A DNA stretch of 15,935 bases from Candidatus Rokuibacteriota bacterium. GTDB taxonomy: Bacteria; Methylomirabilota; Methylomirabilia; Rokubacteriales; DASRDR01. The notes under the pieces were generated by a model. That model searched no databases and was not told where the DNA came from. It saw only the letters and a program-made list of their open reading frames with translations. Both the position numbers and the translations under genes were made by a program. Below are positions 7,825-15,256 of the stretch, piece after piece (positions within the stretch are counted from its first letter, which is position 1; every line of letters begins with the position of its first letter). The stretch is from positions 1 through 15,935 of the forward strand of contig JBIOTN010000124.1 of the NCBI GenBank assembly GCA_044866005.1. The letters are read 5' to 3'.

Positions 7825-9222
7825 ATGGCGAGCGACGACCTGGCGCTCTCGTCGGCCACCGAGCTGGCCGCGGGCTATCGCGCGCGCAAGCTCTCGCCGG
7901 TCGAGGTGGTGGACGCCGTCCTCCAGCGGATCGAGCGCGTCAACCCGCGCCTGAACGCCTTCTGCCTCGTGACCGCCGACGGCGCGCGGCGCGAGGCCAA
8001 GCTGGCCGAGGCGACGCTCGCGCACGGCGAGCGCCTCTCCCCGCTCTTCGGGATCCCGCTCTCGGTCAAGGACATGGTCCTCACCAAAGGGGTGCGCACG
8101 ACCTTCGGCTCGGCGATCTACGCGGATCACGTGCCGACCGAGGACGCCCCGATGGTCGAGAGCCTGCGGCGGGCGGGGGTCATCCTGACGGGAAAGACCA
8201 CGACGCCGGAGTTCGGTTACAAGGGCGCGACGGACAGCCCGCTCCTCGGCGTCTCGCGCAACCCGTGGCGCCTGGACCGCACGCCGGGCGGCTCGAGCGG
8301 CGGCGCCGCCGCGGCGGCGGCGGCCGGCCTGGGCCCGCTCCACACCGGCGGCGACGGCGGCGGCTCCATCCGCATCCCGGGGAGCTTCTGCGGCGTCTTC
8401 GGCCTGAAGCCGAGCTACGGGCTCGTCCCCGCGTACCCCGCGTCCGCCGTCGGCACGCTCGCCCACCTCGGCCCGATCACGTGGAGCGTCCGGGACGCCG
8501 CCCTCATGCTCCAGGCGATGGCCCGCGCGGATCACCGCGACCCGACGTGTCTGCCGGGGCCGTTCCCCGACTACCTGGCCGCGTGCGACGCGGGCGTGAA
8601 GGGTCTCCGCATCGCCTGGTCGCCGACGCTCGGCTACGCGACGCTCCACCCGGACGTGGCCCGCCTCACCGCGGCCGCGGCGCGGCGGTTCGGCGACCTC
8701 GGCTGCGACGTCGAGCAGGTGGACCGGGTCTGCGACGACCCCTACGCCGCCTGGGCCGTGCTCTTCAACGTCGGCCTCGCGGGCCGGCTCGCGCCCTACC
8801 TCGCCGAGCACCGCGAGCGGATGAGCCCGACGCTCGTCCCCATCCTGGAGGCGGCGCAGGCGCTCGGCGCCCTGGACGTGGCGAGGGCGAACGCCGAGCG
8901 CGCGGCGTTCTACGAAACGATGCGCCGGTTCTTTCAGGTCTACGACCTCCTGCTGACGCCGGCGCTGCCGGTGCCCGCCTTCGCCGCCGGTCGCGACGCG
9001 CCCGACGGCGCGCCGACCATCCTCTCCTGGGGCGCGTTCACCTACCCCTTCAACCTGACGGGGCAGCCGGCCGCGACGCTCCCCTGCGGCTTCACGACGG
9101 AGGGGCTCCCTGTGGGCCTGCAGATCGTCGGCCGCCGCCTGGCGGACCCCATGGTCCTCGCCGCCGCCGCCGCCTTCGAGGCGATCCAGCCCTGGTCGAA
9201 GACCCGGCCGCCGCTCGACTGA
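7825..9222 (+). CDS. Amidase signature (AS) family amidase (GatA-like fold, probably catabolic)
   Basis: Ser-cisSer-Lys triad motifs GIPLSVKD, GKTTTPEFG, NPW..RTPGGSSGG, GGDGGGSIRIPGSFCGVFGLKPS, FNLTGQPA.TLPCG, GLPVGLQIVG; SD GGAGG; no gatB/gatC nearby; 465 aa. Confidence 0.92.
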   Translation: MASDDLALSSATELAAGYRARKLSPVEVVDAVLQRIERVNPRLNAFCLVTADGARREAKLAEATLAHGERLSPLFGIPLSVKDMVLTKGVRTTFGSAIYADHVPTEDAPMVESLRRAGVILTGKTTTPEFGYKGATDSPLLGVSRNPWRLDRTPGGSSGGAAAAAAAGLGPLHTGGDGGGSIRIPGSFCGVFGLKPSYGLVPAYPASAVGTLAHLGPITWSVRDAALMLQAMARADHRDPTCLPGPFPDYLAACDAGVKGLRIAWSPTLGYATLHPDVARLTAAAARRFGDLGCDVEQVDRVCDDPYAAWAVLFNVGLAGRLAPYLAEHRERMSPTLVPILEAAQALGALDVARANAERAAFYETMRRFFQVYDLLLTPALPVPAFAAGRDAPDGAPTILSWGAFTYPFNLTGQPAATLPCGFTTEGLPVGLQIVGRRLADPMVLAAAAAFEAIQPWSKTRPPLD

Positions 9223-10451
9223 CCCGGCCCACCGAGTTCCGGCGGCTGGCGCTCTTCTTCGCCGCCGTCTACTTCGTCCAGGGCTTCGCCGAGCCGAAGG
9301 CGGGCATCGCCGCGCAGCCGATCTTCTTCCTCCTGAAAGACGAGATGAAGCTCAGCGCGGCGCAGACGGCGACCTTCCTCGCCCTGGTGGGCCTTGCCTG
9401 GAACATCAAGCCGCTCTACGGGCTCATCTCCGACCTGATCCCGCTGGCCGGCTCGCGCCGGCGCTCCTACCTCCTCGTCACCACGGCGATGGCGGCGGGC
9501 GGCTGGCTGGTGCTCGGGCTCCTGCCCGGCTACCCCTACGGCCCGACGCTCCTCCTGCTGGCCCTCACCGGGCTCGGCCTGGCCTTCACGGACGTCCTGT
9601 GCGACGCCGTGATGGTGGAGGAGGGCAAGCCGCGAGGGCTCACGGGCCGGTTCCAGTCGATCCAGTGGTCGGCCATCAACGCCGCCGCCGTGGTCGCGGG
9701 AATGAGCGGCGGCTATCTCTCGGCCTACGTGTCCTACGCGCACACGTTCCTGCTCGTGTCGGCGTTCCCGGCGCTCTCGTTCGCCGCCTCCGCGTACGCG
9801 GTGCACGAGCCGCGGACCCGGTTCGATCGGGCGACGGTGGCCGCGACGCTCCAGGCCCTGCGCGCCGGGATCCGATCGGGGCCGCTCTGGCGGGCGGCCG
9901 CCTTCATCTTCCTCTGGAACTTCAGCCCGTCCTTCGGCACGCCGCTCGAGTTCTACATGGTGGACGTGCTCGGCATCTCCAAGGTGCAGCTCGGCGTCCT
10001 GGCGACGCTGGGAAGCGCGGCCGCCGTCCTCGGCGCGATACTCTTCGGGCGCTACTTCCGCGCGTACCCGCTCCGACCGCTCCTCAACGGCGCGGTCGCG
10101 ATCGGGGTGGCCGGGACGCTCGCGTACTACGGCCTGGTCGGCTGGTGGTCGGCCGTGGCCCTGAGCGTGACGGTGAGCTTCGTGACCATGATCGCCTTGC
10201 TGGCCACCCTGGACCTCGCGGCCCGGGCCGTGCCCAGCCACGCCGAGGGGACGTTCTTCGCCGCGCTCATGTCGGTCAACAACATCGGCACGACCGGGTC
10301 GGTCTGGCTCGGCGGGCAGCTCTACGAGGCGGTCGGGCTCAACGGGCTGATCGGCATCAGCGCGGCCGCGACGGCCGCCTGCTGGCTCCTCGTCCCGTGG
10401 GTGCGGGTGGAGGCCCCCGCCGCGGCGGCGCCGCGGCCTGCTCGACGGTAA
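9219..10451 (+). CDS. MFS transporter, BT1/folate-biopterin transporter (FBT)-like; probable CTG start
   Basis: About 12 TM; VYFVQG, FFLLKDEMKLS, WNIKPLYGLISD..P.AGSRRRSYL, AFTDVLCDAVMVE, FQSIQW, EGTFFAALMSVNN are FBT-family hallmarks. CTG 9219 overlaps the amidase TGA; the first canonical start (ATG 9345) would delete TM1. Confidence 0.85.
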   Translation: MTRPTEFRRLALFFAAVYFVQGFAEPKAGIAAQPIFFLLKDEMKLSAAQTATFLALVGLAWNIKPLYGLISDLIPLAGSRRRSYLLVTTAMAAGGWLVLGLLPGYPYGPTLLLLALTGLGLAFTDVLCDAVMVEEGKPRGLTGRFQSIQWSAINAAAVVAGMSGGYLSAYVSYAHTFLLVSAFPALSFAASAYAVHEPRTRFDRATVAATLQALRAGIRSGPLWRAAAFIFLWNFSPSFGTPLEFYMVDVLGISKVQLGVLATLGSAAAVLGAILFGRYFRAYPLRPLLNGAVAIGVAGTLAYYGLVGWWSAVALSVTVSFVTMIALLATLDLAARAVPSHAEGTFFAALMSVNNIGTTGSVWLGGQLYEAVGLNGLIGISAAATAACWLLVPWVRVEAPAAAAPRPARR

Positions 10452-10468
10452 GGCGCGTCCTCGCCCGG

Positions 10469-11617
10469 CTAGTCCGGGGTCACCTCGCCGCGACGGACCA
10501 GGTACGGCGCGAAGGCCGCCGGGGCCACCTCGATCCCGAGCCCGGGCCCCTGCGGGACCTCGACCATCCCATCGGGGCCGACGGCCGGCGCGCCCCACAG
10601 CTCGCGCAGCGGATTCGGCGACTGATCGTACTCGAACCAGGGGTAGGGCATCGACGTGTGGCTCCGATACCCGGGCAGCACCGCGCAGAGCTGGAGGCTC
10701 GCGTAGAGGTTCACCGCGGTCCCCCACACGTGCGGGACGACGGGCACCTCCCAGGCCGCCGCGAGGGCAGCGATCCGCGCCACCTCGGTGAAGCCGCCGG
10801 CGATCGCCAGGTCGGGTTGCGCCGCGTCGAGCGCCGCGCGCTCGAAGAACGTCCGGAAGGCGCGGATCCCGCCGAGGGCTTCCCCGCCGACCACCGCGAG
10901 CCCGAGCGCGCCGGCGACGTGGGCGTAACCATCGACGTCGTCGGGGGCGACGGGCTCCTCCAGCCAGGCGAAGCCTTCGGCCTCGAGCCGCCGCCCCGCC
11001 TCGATCGCGGGCCGGGGCGTGTAGCCCTGGTTGGCGTCGGCGAGCAGGATCACGTCATGCCCGACCACGCGGCGGACGGCCGCGGCGGCGCGGCCGTCGG
11101 CGTCGGGGTCCACGCCGACCTTCATCTTCATGGCCCGGAAGCCCGGGGCGACGATGCGCTCCGCCTCCCGCCGGTAGGCCCGGTAGGGATCGCGGCCGGG
11201 CTTGAGGTAAGGGCCGCTCGCGTACGCCGGGACGCGCGTGCGGATGGGCCCGCCGAGGAGCCGGGCGATGGGCTGGCCGAGGGCTCGCCCGCGCAGGTCC
11301 CACAGCGCCATGTCCACGGCCGAGAGCGCCATGAGCCCGGGACCCTGCCGCTCGTAGCCGAGGCCCGCGTGCATGGCGCTCCAGAGGCGCTGGTACTCGA
11401 ACGGGTCCTGGCCGAGCACCGCCGGGGCGAGCGCGGTCTCGATGAGGGTCCACGCCGCGACGGGCGAATGCCAGGTCTCGCCCCACCCCACGAGCCCCTC
11501 GTCGCTCCGCACCTCGACGAGGAGCGCGCTCCGACGATCGAAGAAGACCCTGGCGTTCCCCTGAGGCTCGGGCAGCCGACACTCGAGCAGGTGGAGTCCG
11601 ATGCCCGCGATTTTCAC
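10469..11617 (-). CDS. Mandelate racemase/muconate lactonizing enzyme (enolase superfamily), D-galactarolactone cycloisomerase-like
   Basis: GLVGWGE, ALSAVDMALWDLRG, KMK (KxK), metal ligands in DANQ / EEP / GE, QPD, PHVWGT, FEYDQSPNPLR, PQGPGLGIE; GTG start 11617; 382 aa. Confidence 0.9.
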   Translation of the reverse strand: MKIAGIGLHLLECRLPEPQGNARVFFDRRSALLVEVRSDEGLVGWGETWHSPVAAWTLIETALAPAVLGQDPFEYQRLWSAMHAGLGYERQGPGLMALSAVDMALWDLRGRALGQPIARLLGGPIRTRVPAYASGPYLKPGRDPYRAYRREAERIVAPGFRAMKMKVGVDPDADGRAAAAVRRVVGHDVILLADANQGYTPRPAIEAGRRLEAEGFAWLEEPVAPDDVDGYAHVAGALGLAVVGGEALGGIRAFRTFFERAALDAAQPDLAIAGGFTEVARIAALAAAWEVPVVPHVWGTAVNLYASLQLCAVLPGYRSHTSMPYPWFEYDQSPNPLRELWGAPAVGPDGMVEVPQGPGLGIEVAPAAFAPYLVRRGEVTPD

Positions 11618-11623
11618 GCGACC

Positions 11624-11652
11624 ATGGTTCACCGCGCGCGACACGGTGTCAA
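11624..11652 (-). promoter_or_regulatory. Sigma-70 promoter giving a leaderless mRNA for the enolase-superfamily gene
   Basis: Perfect TTGACA (11652-11647), 17 nt, AACCAT (11629-11624), 6 nt, GTG start 11617. Confidence 0.55.
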
Positions 11653-11663
11653 CCCCGGCGCGG

Positions 11664-11669
11664 TAAAAT
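11664..11669 (+). promoter_or_regulatory. Putative -10 element for the ACT gene and downstream run
   Basis: TAAAAT in a GC-rich context, 12 nt before ATG 11682; no SD and no clear -35. Confidence 0.45.
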
Positions 11670-11681
11670 GCGCCCGGCCCC

Positions 11682-12095
11682 ATGCACCCCCCGACGCCGC
11701 CGTCCGCGCCGCGGCTCGCGCTGTCCGTCCTGCCCGGGACGCTCGCGGTGTGCCGGCTCGATGCGGCCCTCCCCCTGCCGGACTGGGCGATGCAGGGCGG
11801 GGCGTTCGTCTCCATCACCCGGAGTCCGGACGAGCTGTCGGTCGTCTGTGCCGAGGCGCGCGTCCCGGACGGGATCCCGCGCGAGGGCGGCTGGCGCTGC
11901 CTGAAGGTCGCCGGTCCGCTCGCGTTTTCGCTGACCGGGGTCCTGGCCGCGCTGACCGCGCCGCTGGCCGCCGCGCGGATCAGCGTCTTCGCGACCTCGA
12001 CGTACGACACGGACTACCTGATGGTCAAGGCGGGGGACCTCGACGCCGCCGTCGCCGCATTGAAGCGGGCAGGCCACGCCGTCTCGGTATTATGA
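11682..12095 (+). CDS. ACT-domain protein (COG3603 / ACT_7, CASTOR-like)
   Basis: LAVCRL, FVSITRSPDELSVVC, GWRCLKVAGPLAFSLTGVLA.LTAPLA.A.ISVFATSTYDTDYLMVK; 137 aa. Confidence 0.88.
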   Translation: MHPPTPPSAPRLALSVLPGTLAVCRLDAALPLPDWAMQGGAFVSITRSPDELSVVCAEARVPDGIPREGGWRCLKVAGPLAFSLTGVLAALTAPLAAARISVFATSTYDTDYLMVKAGDLDAAVAALKRAGHAVSVL

Positions 12096-12691
12096 TGAGA
12101 GCGATGTCGGGTCCCGCGCCCCGCGTCTTCCTCCTCTCCCCCGCCGATTGCGCGAGCGAGCGCGCGCGCCTGGTCATGTCGTCGCGCGCCAGCTTCCCGC
12201 TCGCCGTACGGCTCCGCGACGGCGCGCCGCTGGGCGAGGTCATGAGCTTCATCAGCGGGCTCTACTTCCGGGGCAAGCTCGCCTACGCGCGCGCCTTCGC
12301 GCGGCCGCCGGCGGGCGTGCTCGTGATCACGCCGAACGCCGGGCTCCGCCACGCGGACGAGCCGATCACGCTCGCCGACCTGCGCCGCTTCGCGCGCGGC
12401 GAGGTGCGCGCCGACCGCCCCGGCTACCGGCGCCCGCTCGTCGCGGACGCGGAGGCGCTGGCCGCGGCGCTCCGGCCGCCGGGCCAGGTGGTGCTGCTCG
12501 GCAGCATCGCGACCGAGAAGTACGTGAGCCCGCTCCTGCCCGTCTTCGGCGAGCGGCTCGTCTTCCCGCCCGCGTTCGTGGGCCTCGGCGACATGAGCCG
12601 CGGCTCGATCCTGTTGCGCGCCGCCCGTGCGGGCGTCGAGCTCGACTACGCGCCGCTCGCCGGCGCCGTCCGCCACCGGCCCCGCCGCTGA
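12092..12691 (+). CDS. Hypothetical protein, YaaA(DUF328)/DUF6884-like by motif pattern; hidden at the 3' end of the 1030-aa shadow ORF
   Basis: ATG 12092 overlaps the ACT stop (ATGA); alternative ATG 12104. Protein-like composition: VFLLSPA, FISGLYFRGKLAYA, VLVITPNAGL..ADEPI, VVLLGSIATEKYV.PL, FVGLGDMSRGSILLRA; fills the gap between ACT and ligD-Pol exactly. Confidence 0.78.
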   Translation: MMRAMSGPAPRVFLLSPADCASERARLVMSSRASFPLAVRLRDGAPLGEVMSFISGLYFRGKLAYARAFARPPAGVLVITPNAGLRHADEPITLADLRRFARGEVRADRPGYRRPLVADAEALAAALRPPGQVVLLGSIATEKYVSPLLPVFGERLVFPPAFVGLGDMSRGSILLRAARAGVELDYAPLAGAVRHRPRR

Positions 12692-12693
12692 CC

Positions 12694-13734
12694 GTGGCGC
12701 GGCCGCGACCGGAGACCATCCCTCCCGACGCGGACACGACCGTCGTCCGGAGCGAGGGGCGCGACACCACGCTCACGCACCTCCGGAAGCCGTTCTGGCC
12801 GGCGCTCGGGCTGACCAAGGGTGACCTCCTCCGCTACTACCTCGAGGTCGCCCCGGTCCTGCTCCCGCACCTGCGGGATCGCGCCATGGTGATGAAGCGC
12901 TATCCCGACGGCGCCGCCGGCCCGTTCTTCTTCATGAAGCGGACGCCGGCGCCCCGGCCGCCGTGGCTCGAGACATGCCGGATCGAGCACGGCTCGGGCA
13001 ACGTCATCGACTTCCCGATGGTGCAGGACCGCCTCTCGCTCCTCTGGATCATCAACCTCGGCTGCATCGACCTGAATCCCTGGTACGCGCGCTGCGACGA
13101 CACGGACCGACCGGACTTCCTCCACTTCGACCTCGACCCGACGCCGGGCGCCTCGCTGGCGCAGATGGTGGAGGTGGCGCACCGGGTCCGCGAGGCCCTG
13201 GCCGAGCTGGGCACGACGCCGTACGTGAAGACGACCGGCTCCCGTGGCCTCCACGTCTACCTGGCAATCGCGCGGGGGCCGACCCAGAAGCAGGTCTGGG
13301 CCCTGGCGAAGGCGCTCGCCCTGGAGCTCGCGCGCCGGCATCCCGACCTCGTCACCGCCGAGTACCGGGTCGCGCGGCGTCCGCCCCGGCACGTGGTGGT
13401 CGACTACAACCAGAACGCCTGGGGCCGCACGCTCGCCTCGGTGTACTCGGTCCGGCCGACGCCGCGGGCGACGGTCTCGGCGCCGGTCACCTGGGAGGAG
13501 CTCGGCGACGGGCTGCGGATGGACGATTACCGGATCGGCACGATGCCCGCGCGCATCCGGGAGCGCGGCGACCTCTGGAAGCCGCTCCTCGGCCCCCGCC
13601 GATACGACATCGGGCCGCTGCTCGCGCCGGCGGAGCGCTGGCTCAAGCGCGGCCCCACGATCGCCACCGCCGCCCCCGGCCCCGCGACGCGCGGGAAGCG
13701 CGCCGCCGGGCGGACGGCCAAGCGTCCGGCGTAG
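12694..13734 (+). CDS. Stand-alone LigD polymerase domain (archaeo-eukaryotic primase superfamily primase-polymerase)
   Basis: LTHLRKPFWP..GLTKGDLLRYY, MKRYPDG...FFMKR, PDFLHFDLDP (DxD), KTTGSRGLHVY, VVVDYNQN..GRTLASVYSVR....ATVSAPVTWEE; no ligase or phosphoesterase domain; GTG 2 nt after the previous stop; 346 aa. Confidence 0.9.
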   Translation: MARPRPETIPPDADTTVVRSEGRDTTLTHLRKPFWPALGLTKGDLLRYYLEVAPVLLPHLRDRAMVMKRYPDGAAGPFFFMKRTPAPRPPWLETCRIEHGSGNVIDFPMVQDRLSLLWIINLGCIDLNPWYARCDDTDRPDFLHFDLDPTPGASLAQMVEVAHRVREALAELGTTPYVKTTGSRGLHVYLAIARGPTQKQVWALAKALALELARRHPDLVTAEYRVARRPPRHVVVDYNQNAWGRTLASVYSVRPTPRATVSAPVTWEELGDGLRMDDYRIGTMPARIRERGDLWKPLLGPRRYDIGPLLAPAERWLKRGPTIATAAPGPATRGKRAAGRTAKRPA

Positions 13735-13740
13735 GCGCCC

Positions 13741-15207
13741 GTGGGACTCCGCAGTCGGCTCTTCCTGCTCCTCCTGATCCCGGTGATGACCGTCATCGGC
13801 GGCTACGGCCTGCTGCGCGTGCAGGTGGAAGAGCGCGAGCTCGTCGACGAGGAGCAGCGCCGGATCGCCGTGACCGCCACCGCGCTCCAGGTGGCCGTGG
13901 AAAACGCGCTGCGCGACCGCCAGACCGCGGACATCGAGCGGCTCCTCCGCGAGGTGGTGGTTTTCCAGGAGGAGATCGACCGGATCCGCATCTTCGATGC
14001 TCGACTCAAGCTGCTGCTCGTCTCGAACCCGCTCGACATCGGCGAGGACGTGCCGACCGAGGGCCTCCGCGAGGCGATGAAAGCGCGGCAGCCCGTGGTC
14101 TTCTTCCAGCGGCGGAAGGGACAGCGCGCCCTCTTCAGCCTGGTCCCGCTGCGCGATCGCGGGGGCGCCGTCCGCGGGGCCATGGAGATCGTCCGCCTCG
14201 CCGGGACGATCGACGCGAAGGTCCGGGCGGCGCGGCTCGAAGTGGTTCAGCGCATCGCCATGCTGACCGTCGCCCTCGGGGCGCTCATGTGGATCGGCAT
14301 GCGCCAGAGCGTTCTCCGGCCCATCCGCCGCCTGATGACCGGGGTGCAGGCGCTCGCCGCCGGCCGTCCCGCGCCGATTCCCGCGCGGGGGCGCGACGAA
14401 TTCGCTCGCCTCGCCCGCGCCTTCAACGACATGGCGGCGCGCCTGGCGGAGGCCCACCGGCGGCTGGTGGCCGAGACCGAAGCCCGCCTCGACCTCGCCC
14501 GGCAGGTCCGGCAAGCCGAGCAGCTCGTGGTGGCGGGCCGCATCGCGTCGGAGGTCGCGCACGAGATCGGCACGCCGCTCAACATCATCTCGGGCCGCGC
14601 CGAGTACCTCCTCGGGGAGCTGGGCAGCGGGAGCGCCGCGGCGACCCACCTCCGGACGATCGTCGTCCAGATCGATCGGATCAGCGGCATCATCGCCTCG
14701 CTCCTCGACGTCGTCCGGCCGCGCAAGCCGGACATCCGGCCCGTCCCCGTGGGGCCGCTCCTCACGAGCGTCGTGGAGCTGCTCGAACCGACGGCCCGGG
14801 CCAAGGGGCTCGTCCTGACGACGGATTTCTCGCCCCAGGCGCACGTCATGGCGGACGCGAACCAGCTCCAGCAGGTCGTCATCAACCTGCTGATGAACGC
14901 CATCGAGGCGACACCCGCCGGCGGCCGGATCGCGCTCGCGGCGCGCCCGGACGCCCGTCCCGGCGCCACCCCCCGGGTGGAGATTCAGGTCACCGACTCG
15001 GGCGTCGGAATCAGCGCCGAGCACCTCCCCCGGGTGTTCGACCCCTTCTTCACGACGAAGCCGCCGGGACAGGGCACCGGCCTCGGCCTGGCCATCTGCC
15101 GCGACATCGTCCGAGAGCACGGCGGGGCGATCGACGTGGACAGCCGGGTGGGCGGGGGCACTACCGTGCGCGCCTGGTGGCCGGCCGCGTCGCCGGGAGA
15201 CCCATGA
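13741..15207 (+). CDS. Membrane-bound HAMP-domain sensor histidine kinase (NtrB/AtoS/ZraS-like)
   Basis: Two TM helices flanking a periplasmic domain, HAMP (RPIRRL...[13 protein letters not shown]), H-box AHEIGTPL, N-box [30 protein letters not shown]; 488 aa. Confidence 0.93.
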   Translation: MGLRSRLFLLLLIPVMTVIGGYGLLRVQVEERELVDEEQRRIAVTATALQVAVENALRDRQTADIERLLREVVVFQEEIDRIRIFDARLKLLLVSNPLDIGEDVPTEGLREAMKARQPVVFFQRRKGQRALFSLVPLRDRGGAVRGAMEIVRLAGTIDAKVRAARLEVVQRIAMLTVALGALMWIGMRQSVLRPIRRLMTGVQALAAGRPAPIPARGRDEFARLARAFNDMAARLAEAHRRLVAETEARLDLARQVRQAEQLVVAGRIASEVAHEIGTPLNIISGRAEYLLGELGSGSAAATHLRTIVVQIDRISGIIASLLDVVRPRKPDIRPVPVGPLLTSVVELLEPTARAKGLVLTTDFSPQAHVMADANQLQQVVINLLMNAIEATPAGGRIALAARPDARPGATPRVEIQVTDSGVGISAEHLPRVFDPFFTTKPPGQGTGLGLAICRDIVREHGGAIDVDSRVGGGTTVRAWWPAASPGDP

Positions 15208-15256
15208 GTCGCCCCGGGCCACCCACGCCGGGATATCCGTCGCGCAGGGCAGGCCC

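Noticed and set aside
7629..9218. 5' part of the 940-aa ORF, or an amidase-transporter frameshift fusion
   Set aside because: Off-frame shadow of the amidase; no slippery sequence at the junction, and both proteins are complete as separate genes
7825..9222. Calling the amidase gatA
   Set aside because: No gatC/gatB neighbours and the context is catabolic; only the general amidase signature is supported
9599..12091. 5' part of the 1030-aa + strand ORF 9599..12691
   Set aside because: Arg/Gly/Pro-rich shadow frame overlapping the FBT transporter, the antisense enolase-family gene and the ACT gene; only 12092-12691 looks like a real protein
12148..12693. N-terminal extension of the 528-aa ligD-Pol ORF, or a frameshift fusion with the upstream gene
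   Set aside because: The extension is low-complexity Arg-rich shadow; the upstream gene has its own stop and GTG 12694 gives a normal domain start
15230..15243. GG-N10-GC spacing upstream of the response regulator
   Set aside because: Lacks TGGCAC and TTGC context; expected by chance at this GC content
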